Shown piece after piece: positions 1-8,857 of a stretch of 34,201 bases of DNA. The notes beneath the pieces are model-generated. The model made no database searches. It saw only the letters and a program-made list of their open reading frames with translations, and was not told the DNA's origin. A program made the position numbers and the translations under genes. The stretch is from an uncultured Candidatus Saccharibacteria bacterium (GTDB taxonomy: Bacteria; Patescibacteriota; Minisyncoccia; GCA-002772825), in contig CAZLLR010000001.1 of NCBI GenBank assembly GCA_964560655.1, positions 1-34,201 of the forward strand, written 5' to 3'. Position 1 is the stretch's first letter. Every line of letters begins with the position of its first letter.

Positions 1-142
1 TCTCCGATAATTTGCTTGCCGGAAGAAACAGGTCTAATCATAGAAAACGGCTCTGCATTATGCGTTGGCACTAAGCCTTACGTTATATATTTTGCTGATG
101 GTACAAAAAAAGAAATCCGCCCGGAAGAATTTTTTAAATTAT

Positions 143-175
143 AAAAAAGTGCTCACACCGAATAGTGTGGGCACT
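143..175 (-). terminator. Intrinsic terminator downstream of the C39 peptidase gene
   Basis: Minus strand reads AGTGCCCACAC-TATTCG-GTGTGAGCACT followed by TTTTT (one mismatch in the stem), about 25 nt after the stop at 200. Confidence 0.75.
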
Positions 176-199
176 GAAATGTTTATTTATGTTAAAATA

Positions 200-724
200 T
201 TATTTCCCAGCTGGATATATCGCAATAAGCTGACGAATAATCATATCGTCCCACGATGTTATGTGAGCTGATTTAAAATCAAACCATACGCGCATAAAAT
301 CATCGCGATCCAGTCTTCGCAAGCCTCCAATCTCAGGATCCTGCAAATAGATATAGTTATCATCAAGTCCAACTACTACCGAATAGTGTCCGTCAGGAAC
401 CTCCTCCTCGTCATAGTCAACGCGACCGCGCGTAAACCAGTTAACAATAACCGGCACCCGACGATCAAGCCAACGCTGAATCGATTCAAATGAAGCATTA
501 TTTTCAATCTCAACTTGCAGGCCGTATGATTCAGCTACTTTCTTAAGAGACATGTCGTCCGTACCAAGTTCTGAGTCACGATTACATGCGACAGCAATCT
601 CTTCTTCGCTTTGATTGATGTTCCAATAATCTAATACAATTTTGAGACTAGCAGGTCCACAGTACCCACCACCAAGTGTTTCTTGAAATGATTTTACTGG
701 AAGATGTTTTTTATTGGTCGTCAT
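200..724 (-). CDS. Stand-alone peptidase C39-family (papain-like) cysteine protease
   Basis: Q...YCGPASLKIVL (catalytic Cys), GHYSVVVG (His) and YLQDP (Asp) in the C39 order; 174 aa with no ABC domain. Confidence 0.85.
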   Translation of the reverse strand: MTTNKKHLPVKSFQETLGGGYCGPASLKIVLDYWNINQSEEEIAVACNRDSELGTDDMSLKKVAESYGLQVEIENNASFESIQRWLDRRVPVIVNWFTRGRVDYDEEEVPDGHYSVVVGLDDNYIYLQDPEIGGLRRLDRDDFMRVWFDFKSAHITSWDDMIIRQLIAIYPAGK

Positions 725-754
725 ACATCTAAGTTTATCTGATATAATTAAAAA

Positions 755-1186
755 ATGGAAGATAAATCATTTGGAGTGATGCCTGTTATGAAAAAAGACG
801 ACGAGTGGCTTTTTCTTTTGATTCAACATAATAATGGCCATTGGGCTTTTCCCAAAGGACATCCTGAGCAAGGAGAAAGTGAAATTGAAACAGCCAAGCG
901 TGAATTTGAAGAGGAGACAGGCGTTAAAGAATACGAACTGAAAGAGAATACGTTTTTTATTGAAGATTATTCTTATCAAGGAAAAGACGGGGTAATTAAA
1001 AAGCAGGTTAAATACTTTCTCGCAATAGTGAATAAGCCTGATGTGTTTTTACAAAAAGAAGAATTGCAGAATTTTAAATGGGTAGATTATGAAGAAGCAC
1101 TTGAATTGATTACTTTTGATGAAGCTAAAGAAATTTTAAAAGAAGTGAATGATTTATTATATCAAGTAAATATAAACTCTTTCTAA
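755..1186 (+). CDS. Nudix hydrolase, Ap4A hydrolase (bis(5'-nucleosyl)-tetraphosphatase)-like
   Basis: Nudix box GHPEQGESEIETAKREFEEETG preceded by HWAFPKG; later KQVKYFLA segment typical of asymmetric Ap4A hydrolases. Confidence 0.85.
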   Translation: MEDKSFGVMPVMKKDDEWLFLLIQHNNGHWAFPKGHPEQGESEIETAKREFEEETGVKEYELKENTFFIEDYSYQGKDGVIKKQVKYFLAIVNKPDVFLQKEELQNFKWVDYEEALELITFDEAKEILKEVNDLLYQVNINSF

Positions 1187-1311
1187 AGAAAACCTAAAGT
1201 AATTATTAAATTTTATTAAAATTTAATATCTTAAACGAGGTTAGTTACCTACTTCTTACCAACTTAGGACGCTCTAGACTCCTAGTGCGGTTTGCGTCAT
1301 TAATAGTATAC

Positions 1312-2643
1312 ATGGGAGATGCAACAAGAATATCGGTAGAGAATACTACACAAAAAGCAGACTCTATAGTAAAGGTTAAATATTGCCTCTACGCACGTAA
1401 ATCAACAGAGCAAGAGGATAAACAAGCATTATCAATCGAATCACAGGTAAATGAGATGCTCGAGCTTGCTAAGCGAGAGGAGCTTAATGTAGTTGAAATT
1501 AAGAGAGAATCACATTCATCAAAAGATGTTGGTCAAAGACCTATATACAACGAGATGCTCGCTGAAATTAAACAAGGTAAGTTCAGCGGAATTTTAACAT
1601 GGGCACCCGATCGTCTGTCTCGTAATGCAGGGGATCTCGGTGCAGTAGTTGATTTAATGGATCAAAAATTATTGCATGATATACGCACTTACGGGCAACG
1701 GTTCTCTAATAATCCAAATGAGAAATTCCTACTAATGATTCTCGGTTCACAAGCAAAGCTAGAAAACGACAACAAGATGGTAAATGTGAAGCGTGGACTT
1801 CGCGCGCGATGCCAAATGGGACTCTGGCCATCAGTTCCTCCAACAGGATATTTAAGTCACCCTAATAAAGACAGGAAGTGTGAAGTAGTAATTGACGAAT
1901 TAAGAGCGAAAGTAATCAAGCAGATGTATGAAAAGGTTGCATACAGCGGATGGTCAGGTCGCAAACTCTTCAAATGGCTTATAGAGGATATGCAATTTAA
2001 AACTAAACACGGTAAACCACTCTCATTAAGTAATATTTATATAATTCTCAGAAATAGTTTTTATTATGGAGAATTTGAATATCCTAAAGGTGGCGGACAA
2101 TGGTACAAAGGAAAACATACTTCAATCGTTAGTAAGGAACTATTTGATATCGTGCAGAATAAGATGAGGAACGAACATACCGTACGTACTCAAAGCAAAG
2201 AATTCGCCTTCACGAAGATGCTTACGTGTGGACTATGTGGATCGGGCATCACTGCCGACGAAAAATTTAAAAAACTCAAAGATGGAACAACTAATCGTTA
2301 TGTGTACTACGGTTGCACAAAGTTTAAAGATAAAAACTGTCCATGTGGATATATACGAGAAGAAGATTTAATTGAACAGCTCGTAAATATATTGGATATC
2401 GTATCGCTTGATAAAATAGGTATGCAAAGTCAAATTAAAGCTGAAATCAAAAAACATCAGGAATTTCAAGAATCAGTTCTTGGATTAGAAATTAAAGAGA
2501 TAGTAAAGATAAAAGAAATAGATATCAGAAACTATGCGAAGCATATACTACGTAAAAGATCTATATTGGAGAAGCGTGAGTTGCTGACGCATTTGAGAAG
2601 TAAGATTATGTTAAAGGAGAAACAAATAACTTTGATAAGCTGA
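1312..2643 (+). CDS. Large serine recombinase (resolvase + recombinase + zinc-ribbon domains)
   Basis: YARKST catalytic Ser motif, DRLSRN, PPTGY, CGLCG...YYGC...C zinc ribbon. ATG at 1312 preferred over GTG at 1285. Confidence 0.92.
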   Translation: MGDATRISVENTTQKADSIVKVKYCLYARKSTEQEDKQALSIESQVNEMLELAKREELNVVEIKRESHSSKDVGQRPIYNEMLAEIKQGKFSGILTWAPDRLSRNAGDLGAVVDLMDQKLLHDIRTYGQRFSNNPNEKFLLMILGSQAKLENDNKMVNVKRGLRARCQMGLWPSVPPTGYLSHPNKDRKCEVVIDELRAKVIKQMYEKVAYSGWSGRKLFKWLIEDMQFKTKHGKPLSLSNIYIILRNSFYYGEFEYPKGGGQWYKGKHTSIVSKELFDIVQNKMRNEHTVRTQSKEFAFTKMLTCGLCGSGITADEKFKKLKDGTTNRYVYYGCTKFKDKNCPCGYIREEDLIEQLVNILDIVSLDKIGMQSQIKAEIKKHQEFQESVLGLEIKEIVKIKEIDIRNYAKHILRKRSILEKRELLTHLRSKIMLKEKQITLIS

Positions 2644-2650
2644 TTTTGTA

Positions 2651-3409
2651 TTACTGCCCAGATTTTTGTTGGGTTTTCTTAAATCGATCAGTTTCCATCA
2701 TCATAGCTTTGAGTCGATGATTTTCTTTTTCTAGATCCTTTAAACGTGGCACAAAGTCATCAGTAAACTTAATTACATCAAGGTCTTTATTCACACCGAA
2801 GAATAAATCTGTTAAACCCATGATAATATTTCCAATTTGCCATAAATCTGTTTTTACCCAAAATTCGTCCTCTTTATCAAAAAAAGGAGTTGAGAATTTT
2901 CCTGTCTTCTCATCAAAACTAAAATTATTATGAGCATATACAATATTTGCATGTGCTGAAGAATTATTGATTGAGTTCTTCATGTTATATATAGCTGTTG
3001 AACCAGCAGGATAATTTTCCTCAAGCCATTTATACCTCTTTCCTGTAAGTTTCTGAGAAGGATCAAGGAAGCCATTCTCATCTATATCAGCAAACCCGCT
3101 TTTCTCAATATTAGCAATTGCATATGCCGCGCAAGAACCAGCTTCAAGGACTTGCCTCAAGTTCATCATTGCTTGTATATGATGTAAACGAACTGCTGAA
3201 AACAGTGCTAGTGTTGTGTGTTTGCGTATCTGTGAAAGAAACATGGCAAAAATAAATCTATCTGGATCCACAGACTTAATAAATTCATTCAATAAAATAT
3301 TAAATTCAGATGCATTTATAAAAAAATCTCCGTACCGTTCTGAAGCAGTCAAGAACATCTCTCGTTCACTATCTATTATTTCTCCAAAAGTAGATTGTTT
3401 AAATTCCAT
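2651..3409 (-). CDS. Hypothetical helical protein, DUF5677/HEPN-like signature
   Basis: Long ORF with AMMNLRQVLE (RxxxE) and distal SSAHAN. ATG at 3409 preferred because TGtTAAAAT (3425-3417) lies 7 nt upstream. Family assignment is tentative. Confidence 0.6.
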   Translation of the reverse strand: MEFKQSTFGEIIDSEREMFLTASERYGDFFINASEFNILLNEFIKSVDPDRFIFAMFLSQIRKHTTLALFSAVRLHHIQAMMNLRQVLEAGSCAAYAIANIEKSGFADIDENGFLDPSQKLTGKRYKWLEENYPAGSTAIYNMKNSINNSSAHANIVYAHNNFSFDEKTGKFSTPFFDKEDEFWVKTDLWQIGNIIMGLTDLFFGVNKDLDVIKFTDDFVPRLKDLEKENHRLKAMMMETDRFKKTQQKSGQ

Positions 3410-3440
3410 ATGTATCATTTTAACACTTTCAACTACTGCT

Positions 3441-3474
3441 ACCTAAAAGGCACCCGAATGGGTGCCTTTTAGGT
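3441..3474. terminator. Bidirectional terminator-like hairpin downstream of tRNA-Gln
   Basis: Perfect 15-bp inverted repeat ACCTAAAAGGCACCC-gaat-GGGTGCCTTTTAGGT with A/T tracts in the arms. Confidence 0.8.
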
Positions 3475-3555
3475 CTGGTTACTGCTCTCAGCAGGTATGC
3501 AGTTTTCGGAATAGAACTTGTGATTTTGACCGTCTCGGTCTGTCTCACTAAGCTG

Positions 3556-3626
3556 CTGCCGGACCAGGATTCGAACCTGGATACTCGCCTTCAAAGGGCG
3601 ATGTCCTACCATTAGACGATCCGGCA
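3556..3626 (-). tRNA. tRNA-Gln(TTG)
   Basis: Acceptor TGCCGGA/TCCGGCA, anticodon arm TCGCC-CTTTGAA-GGCGA, T-arm CCAGG-TTCGAAT-CCTGG; CCA not encoded. Confidence 0.97.
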
Positions 3627-3730
3627 ACTTGTCCCGTTAGGCGGGATAGTTAATTTATAACATAATTTTGGCAAAAAACAATTTTTTATTTAGGCTTGCC
3701 AGTCGACACCTTAAGTAACATAATATAAGT

Positions 3731-4210
3731 ATGAAGAAGATATTTCTAATACTAATACTTGTTGTAGTTACTATGGGCTTAGTGGCTTTCTTTAGAGGTA
3801 ATATAGCAGAGAATATCCCCGTAGATGTAGATAAGGGCACAGTAGGAGACATAACAGTGGATAAAGACACCACAGAGTCACCTGTAGGCATATTGCCTTT
3901 TGATTCTGGCGTTATGGGTAAAGTCTTGCTCGGCCCAGTTTGCCCTGTCATGCGTGAGGGTGATGATAGTTGTAATGACAAGCCTTACTCTGTTGTTATA
4001 GATGTGTTTAGCAAGGGCAATGACAATAATCCATTCTCAAGAGTGGAGAGTGATAAAGAAGGAAACTATAGAGTAATGTTGCCTCCTGGCAATTATATAT
4101 TGAAGCCAAAGAATGAAAAGGTATTTCCTCGTTGCGAAGAAAGGGAGGTGGCTATAAAGCCTTCAGTCTTACAAGAGGTTAATCTTTCTTGTGACACAGG
4201 CATACGGTAA
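3731..4210 (+). CDS. Secreted or membrane-anchored protein with a carboxypeptidase-regulatory-like beta-sandwich domain
   Basis: N-terminal hydrophobic signal; GPVCPV...C motif; SDKEGNYRVMLPPGNY; C-terminal CDTGIR. Confidence 0.7.
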   Translation: MKKIFLILILVVVTMGLVAFFRGNIAENIPVDVDKGTVGDITVDKDTTESPVGILPFDSGVMGKVLLGPVCPVMREGDDSCNDKPYSVVIDVFSKGNDNNPFSRVESDKEGNYRVMLPPGNYILKPKNEKVFPRCEEREVAIKPSVLQEVNLSCDTGIR

Positions 4211-4230
4211 AACAATAAAAAAGTTTTTTC

Positions 4231-4266
4231 GAACGACTCAATCCGCCACGTCGGATTGAGTCGTTC
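4231..4266. repeat. Palindromic intergenic element (REP-like), copy 1
   Basis: Perfect 15-bp arms GAACGACTCAATCCG/CGGATTGAGTCGTTC. Core 4240-4257 is 16/18 identical to 6969-6986. Confidence 0.7.
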
Positions 4267-4276
4267 ATTGAATAGC

Positions 4277-4981
4277 ATGCTAATAAATATTAGGAAGGAT
4301 TTAAGGGGTAAATCTAGTCTTGCTAAGGCAAAGGTGCTTCGAGGTTTCTTCAAGACAGGTGCTGGTCAATATGGAGAAGGAGATGTCTTCTTGGGTGTGA
4401 CGGTGCCAGACTCAAGAAAGATTGCTGTGAAGTATAAATGTTTAAGTTTTCAGGACACAGAGAAGCTTCTTAAGTCAAAAGTTCACGAAGAGAGACTCGT
4501 CGCGCTTTTAATCCTCGTTCATAATTTTAACGAGGGAAAAGAAGAGGGAAAAAAGAAGATTTTTAATTTCTACTTAAGAAATACACGTTTTGTAAACAAC
4601 TGGGACTTGGTTGACCTATCCGCGGATAAGATAGTGGGCTTGTACCTTTTGGACAAATCTGATAAAAGGATTCTTTATAAGTTAGCGTCATCAAAGAACC
4701 TATGGGAGAGAAGGATTGCGATAGTCGCAACTTTTAATTTTATAAAAAATGGTCAATTTAAAGACACACTTAAAGTCGCAGAGATTCTTTTAAATGATGA
4801 TCACGACCTTATACACAAAGCGGTAGGGTGGATGCTTCGGGAAGTTGGGAAGTGCTCACTTGAGACGGAGGAAAAGTTCCTGAAGAAGCATTATAAAAAG
4901 ATGCCGAGGACCATGCTTCGTTATGCTATAGAGAGATTTCCAAACGATATAAGACTGCAATATTTAAAAAGTCTGATATAG
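4277..4981 (+). CDS. DNA alkylation repair protein (AlkD-like HEAT-repeat family)
   Basis: FFKTGAGQYGEGDVFLGV, NNWDLVD, NLWERRIAIV, IHKAVGWMLRE, PRTMLRYAIE motifs. ATG at 4277. Confidence 0.9.
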   Translation: MLINIRKDLRGKSSLAKAKVLRGFFKTGAGQYGEGDVFLGVTVPDSRKIAVKYKCLSFQDTEKLLKSKVHEERLVALLILVHNFNEGKEEGKKKIFNFYLRNTRFVNNWDLVDLSADKIVGLYLLDKSDKRILYKLASSKNLWERRIAIVATFNFIKNGQFKDTLKVAEILLNDDHDLIHKAVGWMLREVGKCSLETEEKFLKKHYKKMPRTMLRYAIERFPNDIRLQYLKSLI

Positions 4982-5042
4982 TAAAAGTATTTAAAGGAAC
5001 ATAAAATTAGCAAAATTTTAAATATAAGTTATAATAATACAT

Positions 5043-5558
5043 ATGAATATTCACCCCTTATTTTTACATTTTCCAATAGCTTTACTCGTCGTCTATTCAG
5101 TGCTTGAATTTTTGCCGATGTCTAGTGTACATTTTAAGCTCAATTGGCGTCGAGTAAAGATTTTTATACTAGTGATAGGAGTTTTATCTGCTTTTGCCAC
5201 ACTTATAACGGGTGCTATGGCTGAAGAGCTTTTGACTGACCCTGAGAAGTTGAAGATAGTAGAGTTGCATTCAGGTTTTGCCGGTACCGCTACAGTCATC
5301 TTTTCAATACTTGCTGTCTTGTATTTAGTCGGCTGGTTTGATGAAACTTATGGCGGTATAAAGCGACCTCACTTTTTAAGTGTAATATGGCGCTTATTAG
5401 AGAGGGTTAAGTATTTAGTGTTAGATACAAAGATAAAATATATTTTCGTGGGCGCCGGTTTTATAGCTATCTTCATAACAGGTAGTCTTGGTGGGGCTAT
5501 GGTGCATGGTCCTGAAGCTGATCCTTTTGTCTCTTTTGTATATCATTTGTTTTTTTAA
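5043..5558 (+). CDS. DUF2231-like membrane protein (four TM helices, conserved His)
   Basis: N-terminal HPLFLHFPIALL, TGAMA, central His and C-terminal TGSLGGAMVH pattern. Confidence 0.8.
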   Translation: MNIHPLFLHFPIALLVVYSVLEFLPMSSVHFKLNWRRVKIFILVIGVLSAFATLITGAMAEELLTDPEKLKIVELHSGFAGTATVIFSILAVLYLVGWFDETYGGIKRPHFLSVIWRLLERVKYLVLDTKIKYIFVGAGFIAIFITGSLGGAMVHGPEADPFVSFVYHLFF

Positions 5559-5977
5559 TGAATCATTACCCACTAATAAGGACAATTTATCTTTATCTGT
5601 TCACCTTGCTTGGCTTAGTACTTTTGGTTATTGGAGGAGTGCGTTTTGTGGACATGGGTTTGAAAACTTTTATCTTTACTAAAGCTGACGAGGAGCAGAG
5701 GTTTATGTCAAAACAGCCTTTCTATACACCTTATCCAGTAGATTGTCTGGGAAAATCAGCTAAATCTCAAGGTGATAGTGATTTCTCAGAGCAAGAAAAA
5801 GCTGATATAAAACAATGGCTAGTAAGCTATAAAGAGTGGAAAAAGGATAGGTCGGAGATAGACCCTATTACTTCAAGCAGGCAAAGAGATGCTTCTATGA
5901 ATTTTGCCTTGCTCTTGATAGGGCTTCCTCTCTACATGTACCATTGGATGATTATTAAGAAAGAAACTAGAAAATAA
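5558..5977 (+). CDS. DUF5671-like membrane protein
   Basis: IRTIYLYLFTLLGL and ALLLIGLPLYMYHW transmembrane motifs; start overlaps the upstream stop (TAATG). Confidence 0.7.
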   Translation: MNHYPLIRTIYLYLFTLLGLVLLVIGGVRFVDMGLKTFIFTKADEEQRFMSKQPFYTPYPVDCLGKSAKSQGDSDFSEQEKADIKQWLVSYKEWKKDRSEIDPITSSRQRDASMNFALLLIGLPLYMYHWMIIKKETRK

Positions 5978-5978
5978 A

Positions 5979-6962
5979 ATGGCTTTTATAGATGAATTAA
6001 GAGTCCACATTAAGGCGGGCGATGGCGGTGACGGTGTCGTACGGTGGCTCCATAATAAGCAGAAAGAATTTGGTGGACCTTCTGGTGGAGACGGAGGACG
6101 CGGAGGAAGTGTTTACTTACTCGCTGTTCGTGATGTTCACATCTTATCTCGATATAGGGCGAAGAAAGAGTTTAATGCAGAAGACGGCGGAGATGGACAA
6201 AAGGACAGTCTCTATGGGCATAATGGCAGCGACTTAGAAATACTCCTTCCTATCGGCTCTATAATCACAAATGTAAAGACAGGTAAAAAAATCTCTTTAC
6301 TAGAAGAAGGAGAGAAGGTGATACTGTTAAAGGGGGGATTCGGGGGCAGAGGCAATGAGTCTTATAAGAGCTCTATTAACCGCAGTCCAGAGAATTGGAC
6401 TCCAGGTAAGCTGGGTGAAGAGGGAGATTTCTTCGTAGAGATAGAATTAGTCGCCGATATTGGCTTGATAGGCTTCCCGAGTGCAGGTAAGACTAGTCTT
6501 TTAAACTCACTCACTGCGGCTAAGGGAAAAGTGGGGGATTATCCTTTCACTACTCTTGAGCCAAACCTAGGAGAGTGTTTTGGTTATATCATCTCAGATG
6601 TCCCTGGTCTTATCGAGGGGTCCGCAGGTGGCAAAGGTTTAGGGCATAAATTCCTTCGTCATATAAAGAGGACAAAGATGATTGTTCATTTAGTTTCGCT
6701 GGAAAACAAAGATGTTCTAAAGGCATATAAAGATATAAGAAAAGAGCTAGGAGAATATGACCCCGAACTTCTGAAGAAGAAGGAGGTGGTGGTGCTTACT
6801 AAGACGGATGTTATCGATAATGATGCTGATATAGAGAAAATTGTTGAGAAAATGAAGAAAGCTTCCCCTTTAGTTTTCACAGTGTCTCTTTATGATGATG
6901 CTTCCGTTAAACATCTACAAGATAGTCTTATTAAATTAGTTTCTGGTAAGGAGGGCGAATAA
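5979..6962 (+). CDS. obgE: GTPase ObgE/CgtA
   Basis: Gly-rich Obg domain (AGDGGDG, GGDGGRGG), G1 GFPSAGKT, YPFTT, DVPGL, TKTD. Confidence 0.97.
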   Translation: MAFIDELRVHIKAGDGGDGVVRWLHNKQKEFGGPSGGDGGRGGSVYLLAVRDVHILSRYRAKKEFNAEDGGDGQKDSLYGHNGSDLEILLPIGSIITNVKTGKKISLLEEGEKVILLKGGFGGRGNESYKSSINRSPENWTPGKLGEEGDFFVEIELVADIGLIGFPSAGKTSLLNSLTAAKGKVGDYPFTTLEPNLGECFGYIISDVPGLIEGSAGGKGLGHKFLRHIKRTKMIVHLVSLENKDVLKAYKDIRKELGEYDPELLKKKEVVVLTKTDVIDNDADIEKIVEKMKKASPLVFTVSLYDDASVKHLQDSLIKLVSGKEGE

Positions 6963-6968
6963 GACTTT

Positions 6969-6986
6969 AACCCGCCACGGCGGATT
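6969..6986. repeat. Palindromic intergenic element (REP-like), copy 2
   Basis: AACCCGCCACGGCGGATT, 16/18 identical to 4240-4257, located just after the obgE stop. Confidence 0.6.
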
Positions 6987-7064
6987 ATTCCACTTCCCAT
7001 TTTTGATAGTATGGGTTATGGTGTGTTATTGATTAGTGTTTGAAAAAATTTTAGAATTATAAAT

Positions 7065-8516
7065 ATGGCAAAAAATGAAGTTATAATTAGATTTGATAAA
7101 GTGTCTTTCGAGTACGGGCACAATAACCCCATTTTAGATGAGGTTAGTTTCCCTATCAGGAGGGGCGCGAAGATTACACTTATGGGACAAAATGGAGCTG
7201 GTAAGAGTACGATCTTTCAGCTTATTGAAGGTGCATTGAAGCCAGAGTTAGGCTCTCTTCATATTGCGCCTAGGCTTAGTATTGCTTTCGCTAAGCAGGT
7301 TATCCCTCGTGAAGAGATGGATTTAACAATAAGAGAATTCTTTGAAAAACGTTTTAAAGAGAAGGTGTATGACATCGACCCGAGGATTGATAAAGTTCTT
7401 GAAGTGGTTAACTTGAGCGCTCCTCATGGTCGTATTGTTAAATCTTTCTCTGGTGGACAGCAAGCGCGCCTACTCTTGGCTTCAGCTTTGATCCAGAGCT
7501 CAGATGTTCTTCTCCTCGATGAACCGACTAATAATCTGGATAAAGAGGGCATAGATCATTTGAAGAGATTTCTTATTGAATATAAGAAAACATGTATTGT
7601 TATCTCTCATGACGCTGACTTCTTAAATGCTTTTACTCAAGGAGTTTTGTACTTAGATGTTTTCACTCGCAAGGTGGAGCAATATGTTGGTAATTATTTT
7701 GATGTGGTGGCTTTGATCTCAGCAAAGATTGAGAAAGAGAATAAGAAAAATGCTCAGTTATCAAAAGAGATACAAGAAAATAAAGATAAGGCAAACTTTT
7801 TCGCTAATAAAGGAGGGCAGATGAGAATGGTTGCAAAACGCATGAGGGAAAAGGCCGATGAAATGGAGGAGGCTAAGGTAGATGTAAGAAGAGAAGACAA
7901 GACTATCCGTTCTTTTGCTATACAGGCTCAGCCTGACATCGTGGGGGAGATTTTAAATATTTCGTCTTATGACGTTATAAGAGATCATAAGCCTGTGTCG
8001 CATAAAGCTAAAATTTCCCTAAAGAAGAAACAGCACCTCTTGCTGGCAGGACCAAATGGTATAGGTAAAAGTACACTACTTGAAGCTATCGCCTCAGGAG
8101 AAGCAAAGGGAGCTAAGATTATGCAAGATATAAAAGTTGGTTATTATAGGCAGGATTTTTCTACGCTTAACTTTGAGGATACTGTACATGATGCTCTTGC
8201 GAATGTGATGGAGAAAGTTGTAGAAGAGAATCTTCGTTCAGTTGCTTCGGGGTTCCTTATAGGTGATGACATTATTAATGTGAAGATAGGTAAGTTATCT
8301 GAGGGTCAGAAGGGGCTAGTAGCCTTCGCTCAGCTTGTATTGCTAAAGCCTGGACTTCTTATACTTGATGAGCCGACTAATCATATCAACTTCCGTCATA
8401 TACCTATCATCGCAAAAGCGCTTGATATGTATGAAGGAGCCATGATCTTAGTGAGTCATGTTCCTGAATTCGTGAATAAGATTCGTATAGATGAGACATT
8501 AGATTTAAATAAATAA
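7065..8516 (+). CDS. ABC-F family ATP-binding protein
   Basis: Two ABC domains (GQNGAGKS/FSGGQ/LLLDEPTNNLD and GPNGIGKS/LSEGQ/LILDEPTNH), helical linker, no TM segments. Confidence 0.93.
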   Translation: MAKNEVIIRFDKVSFEYGHNNPILDEVSFPIRRGAKITLMGQNGAGKSTIFQLIEGALKPELGSLHIAPRLSIAFAKQVIPREEMDLTIREFFEKRFKEKVYDIDPRIDKVLEVVNLSAPHGRIVKSFSGGQQARLLLASALIQSSDVLLLDEPTNNLDKEGIDHLKRFLIEYKKTCIVISHDADFLNAFTQGVLYLDVFTRKVEQYVGNYFDVVALISAKIEKENKKNAQLSKEIQENKDKANFFANKGGQMRMVAKRMREKADEMEEAKVDVRREDKTIRSFAIQAQPDIVGEILNISSYDVIRDHKPVSHKAKISLKKKQHLLLAGPNGIGKSTLLEAIASGEAKGAKIMQDIKVGYYRQDFSTLNFEDTVHDALANVMEKVVEENLRSVASGFLIGDDIINVKIGKLSEGQKGLVAFAQLVLLKPGLLILDEPTNHINFRHIPIIAKALDMYEGAMILVSHVPEFVNKIRIDETLDLNK

Positions 8517-8520
8517 TTTT

Positions 8521-8850
8521 ATGGCAACTTACGATGATTTTAAAGAGATAGATATTAAAATAGGTAAAATTTTATCTGCAGAGAAGATTCCTGATACAGA
8601 TAAGTTATTAAAACTATCAGTTGATTTTAGAGAGGAAGAACCTAGGACTATTGTTTCTGGTATAGCTTTGCATCACCCAGACGAACAAGTGCTTGTAGGT
8701 AAGAAATGCGCCTTCGTCACTAATCTTCTGCCTAGGGTCATCCGCGGTGTAGAAAGTAACGGCATGATCTTAGCCGTTATCACAGAAGATAATAAGTTCT
8801 CTCTACTTGAGCCTCAAGATGAAATACCCGAAGGATCTAAAGTGGGGTAA
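8521..8850 (+). CDS. Stand-alone tRNA-binding OB-fold protein (MetRS C-terminal/Trbp111/CsaA-like)
   Basis: DDFKEIDIKIGKI, DKLLKL, RTIVSGIA, NLLPR..RGVESNGMILA. Confidence 0.92.
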   Translation: MATYDDFKEIDIKIGKILSAEKIPDTDKLLKLSVDFREEEPRTIVSGIALHHPDEQVLVGKKCAFVTNLLPRVIRGVESNGMILAVITEDNKFSLLEPQDEIPEGSKVG

Positions 8851-8857
8851 TAAAAAT

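Larger units (their letters stand above)
200..3555. mobile_element. Putative integrated element or islet next to tRNA-Gln 3' end (left boundary not determined)
   Basis: Serine recombinase plus accessory-type genes immediately downstream of a tRNA 3' end. No att direct repeat was found inside the window. Confidence 0.45.

Noticed and set aside
17-23. TGCCGGA match to the tRNA-Gln end as a possible att repeat
   Set aside because: Only 7 bp, which is expected by chance.
1-71. Possible 5' end of a minus-strand gene (GTG at 71: VPTHNAEPFSMIRPVSSGKQIIG...)
   Set aside because: Too short and truncated by the window edge, with no recognisable motif.
65-271. 68-aa plus-strand ORF
   Set aside because: TTG start, crosses a terminator and overlaps the C39 gene antisense; no motif.
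3482-3497. Minus-strand CCTGCTGAGAGCAG resembling a tRNA 3' end downstream of tRNA-Gln
   Set aside because: Poor identity to the tRNA-Gln end and no T-loop; it cannot be supported as a second tRNA-end duplication.
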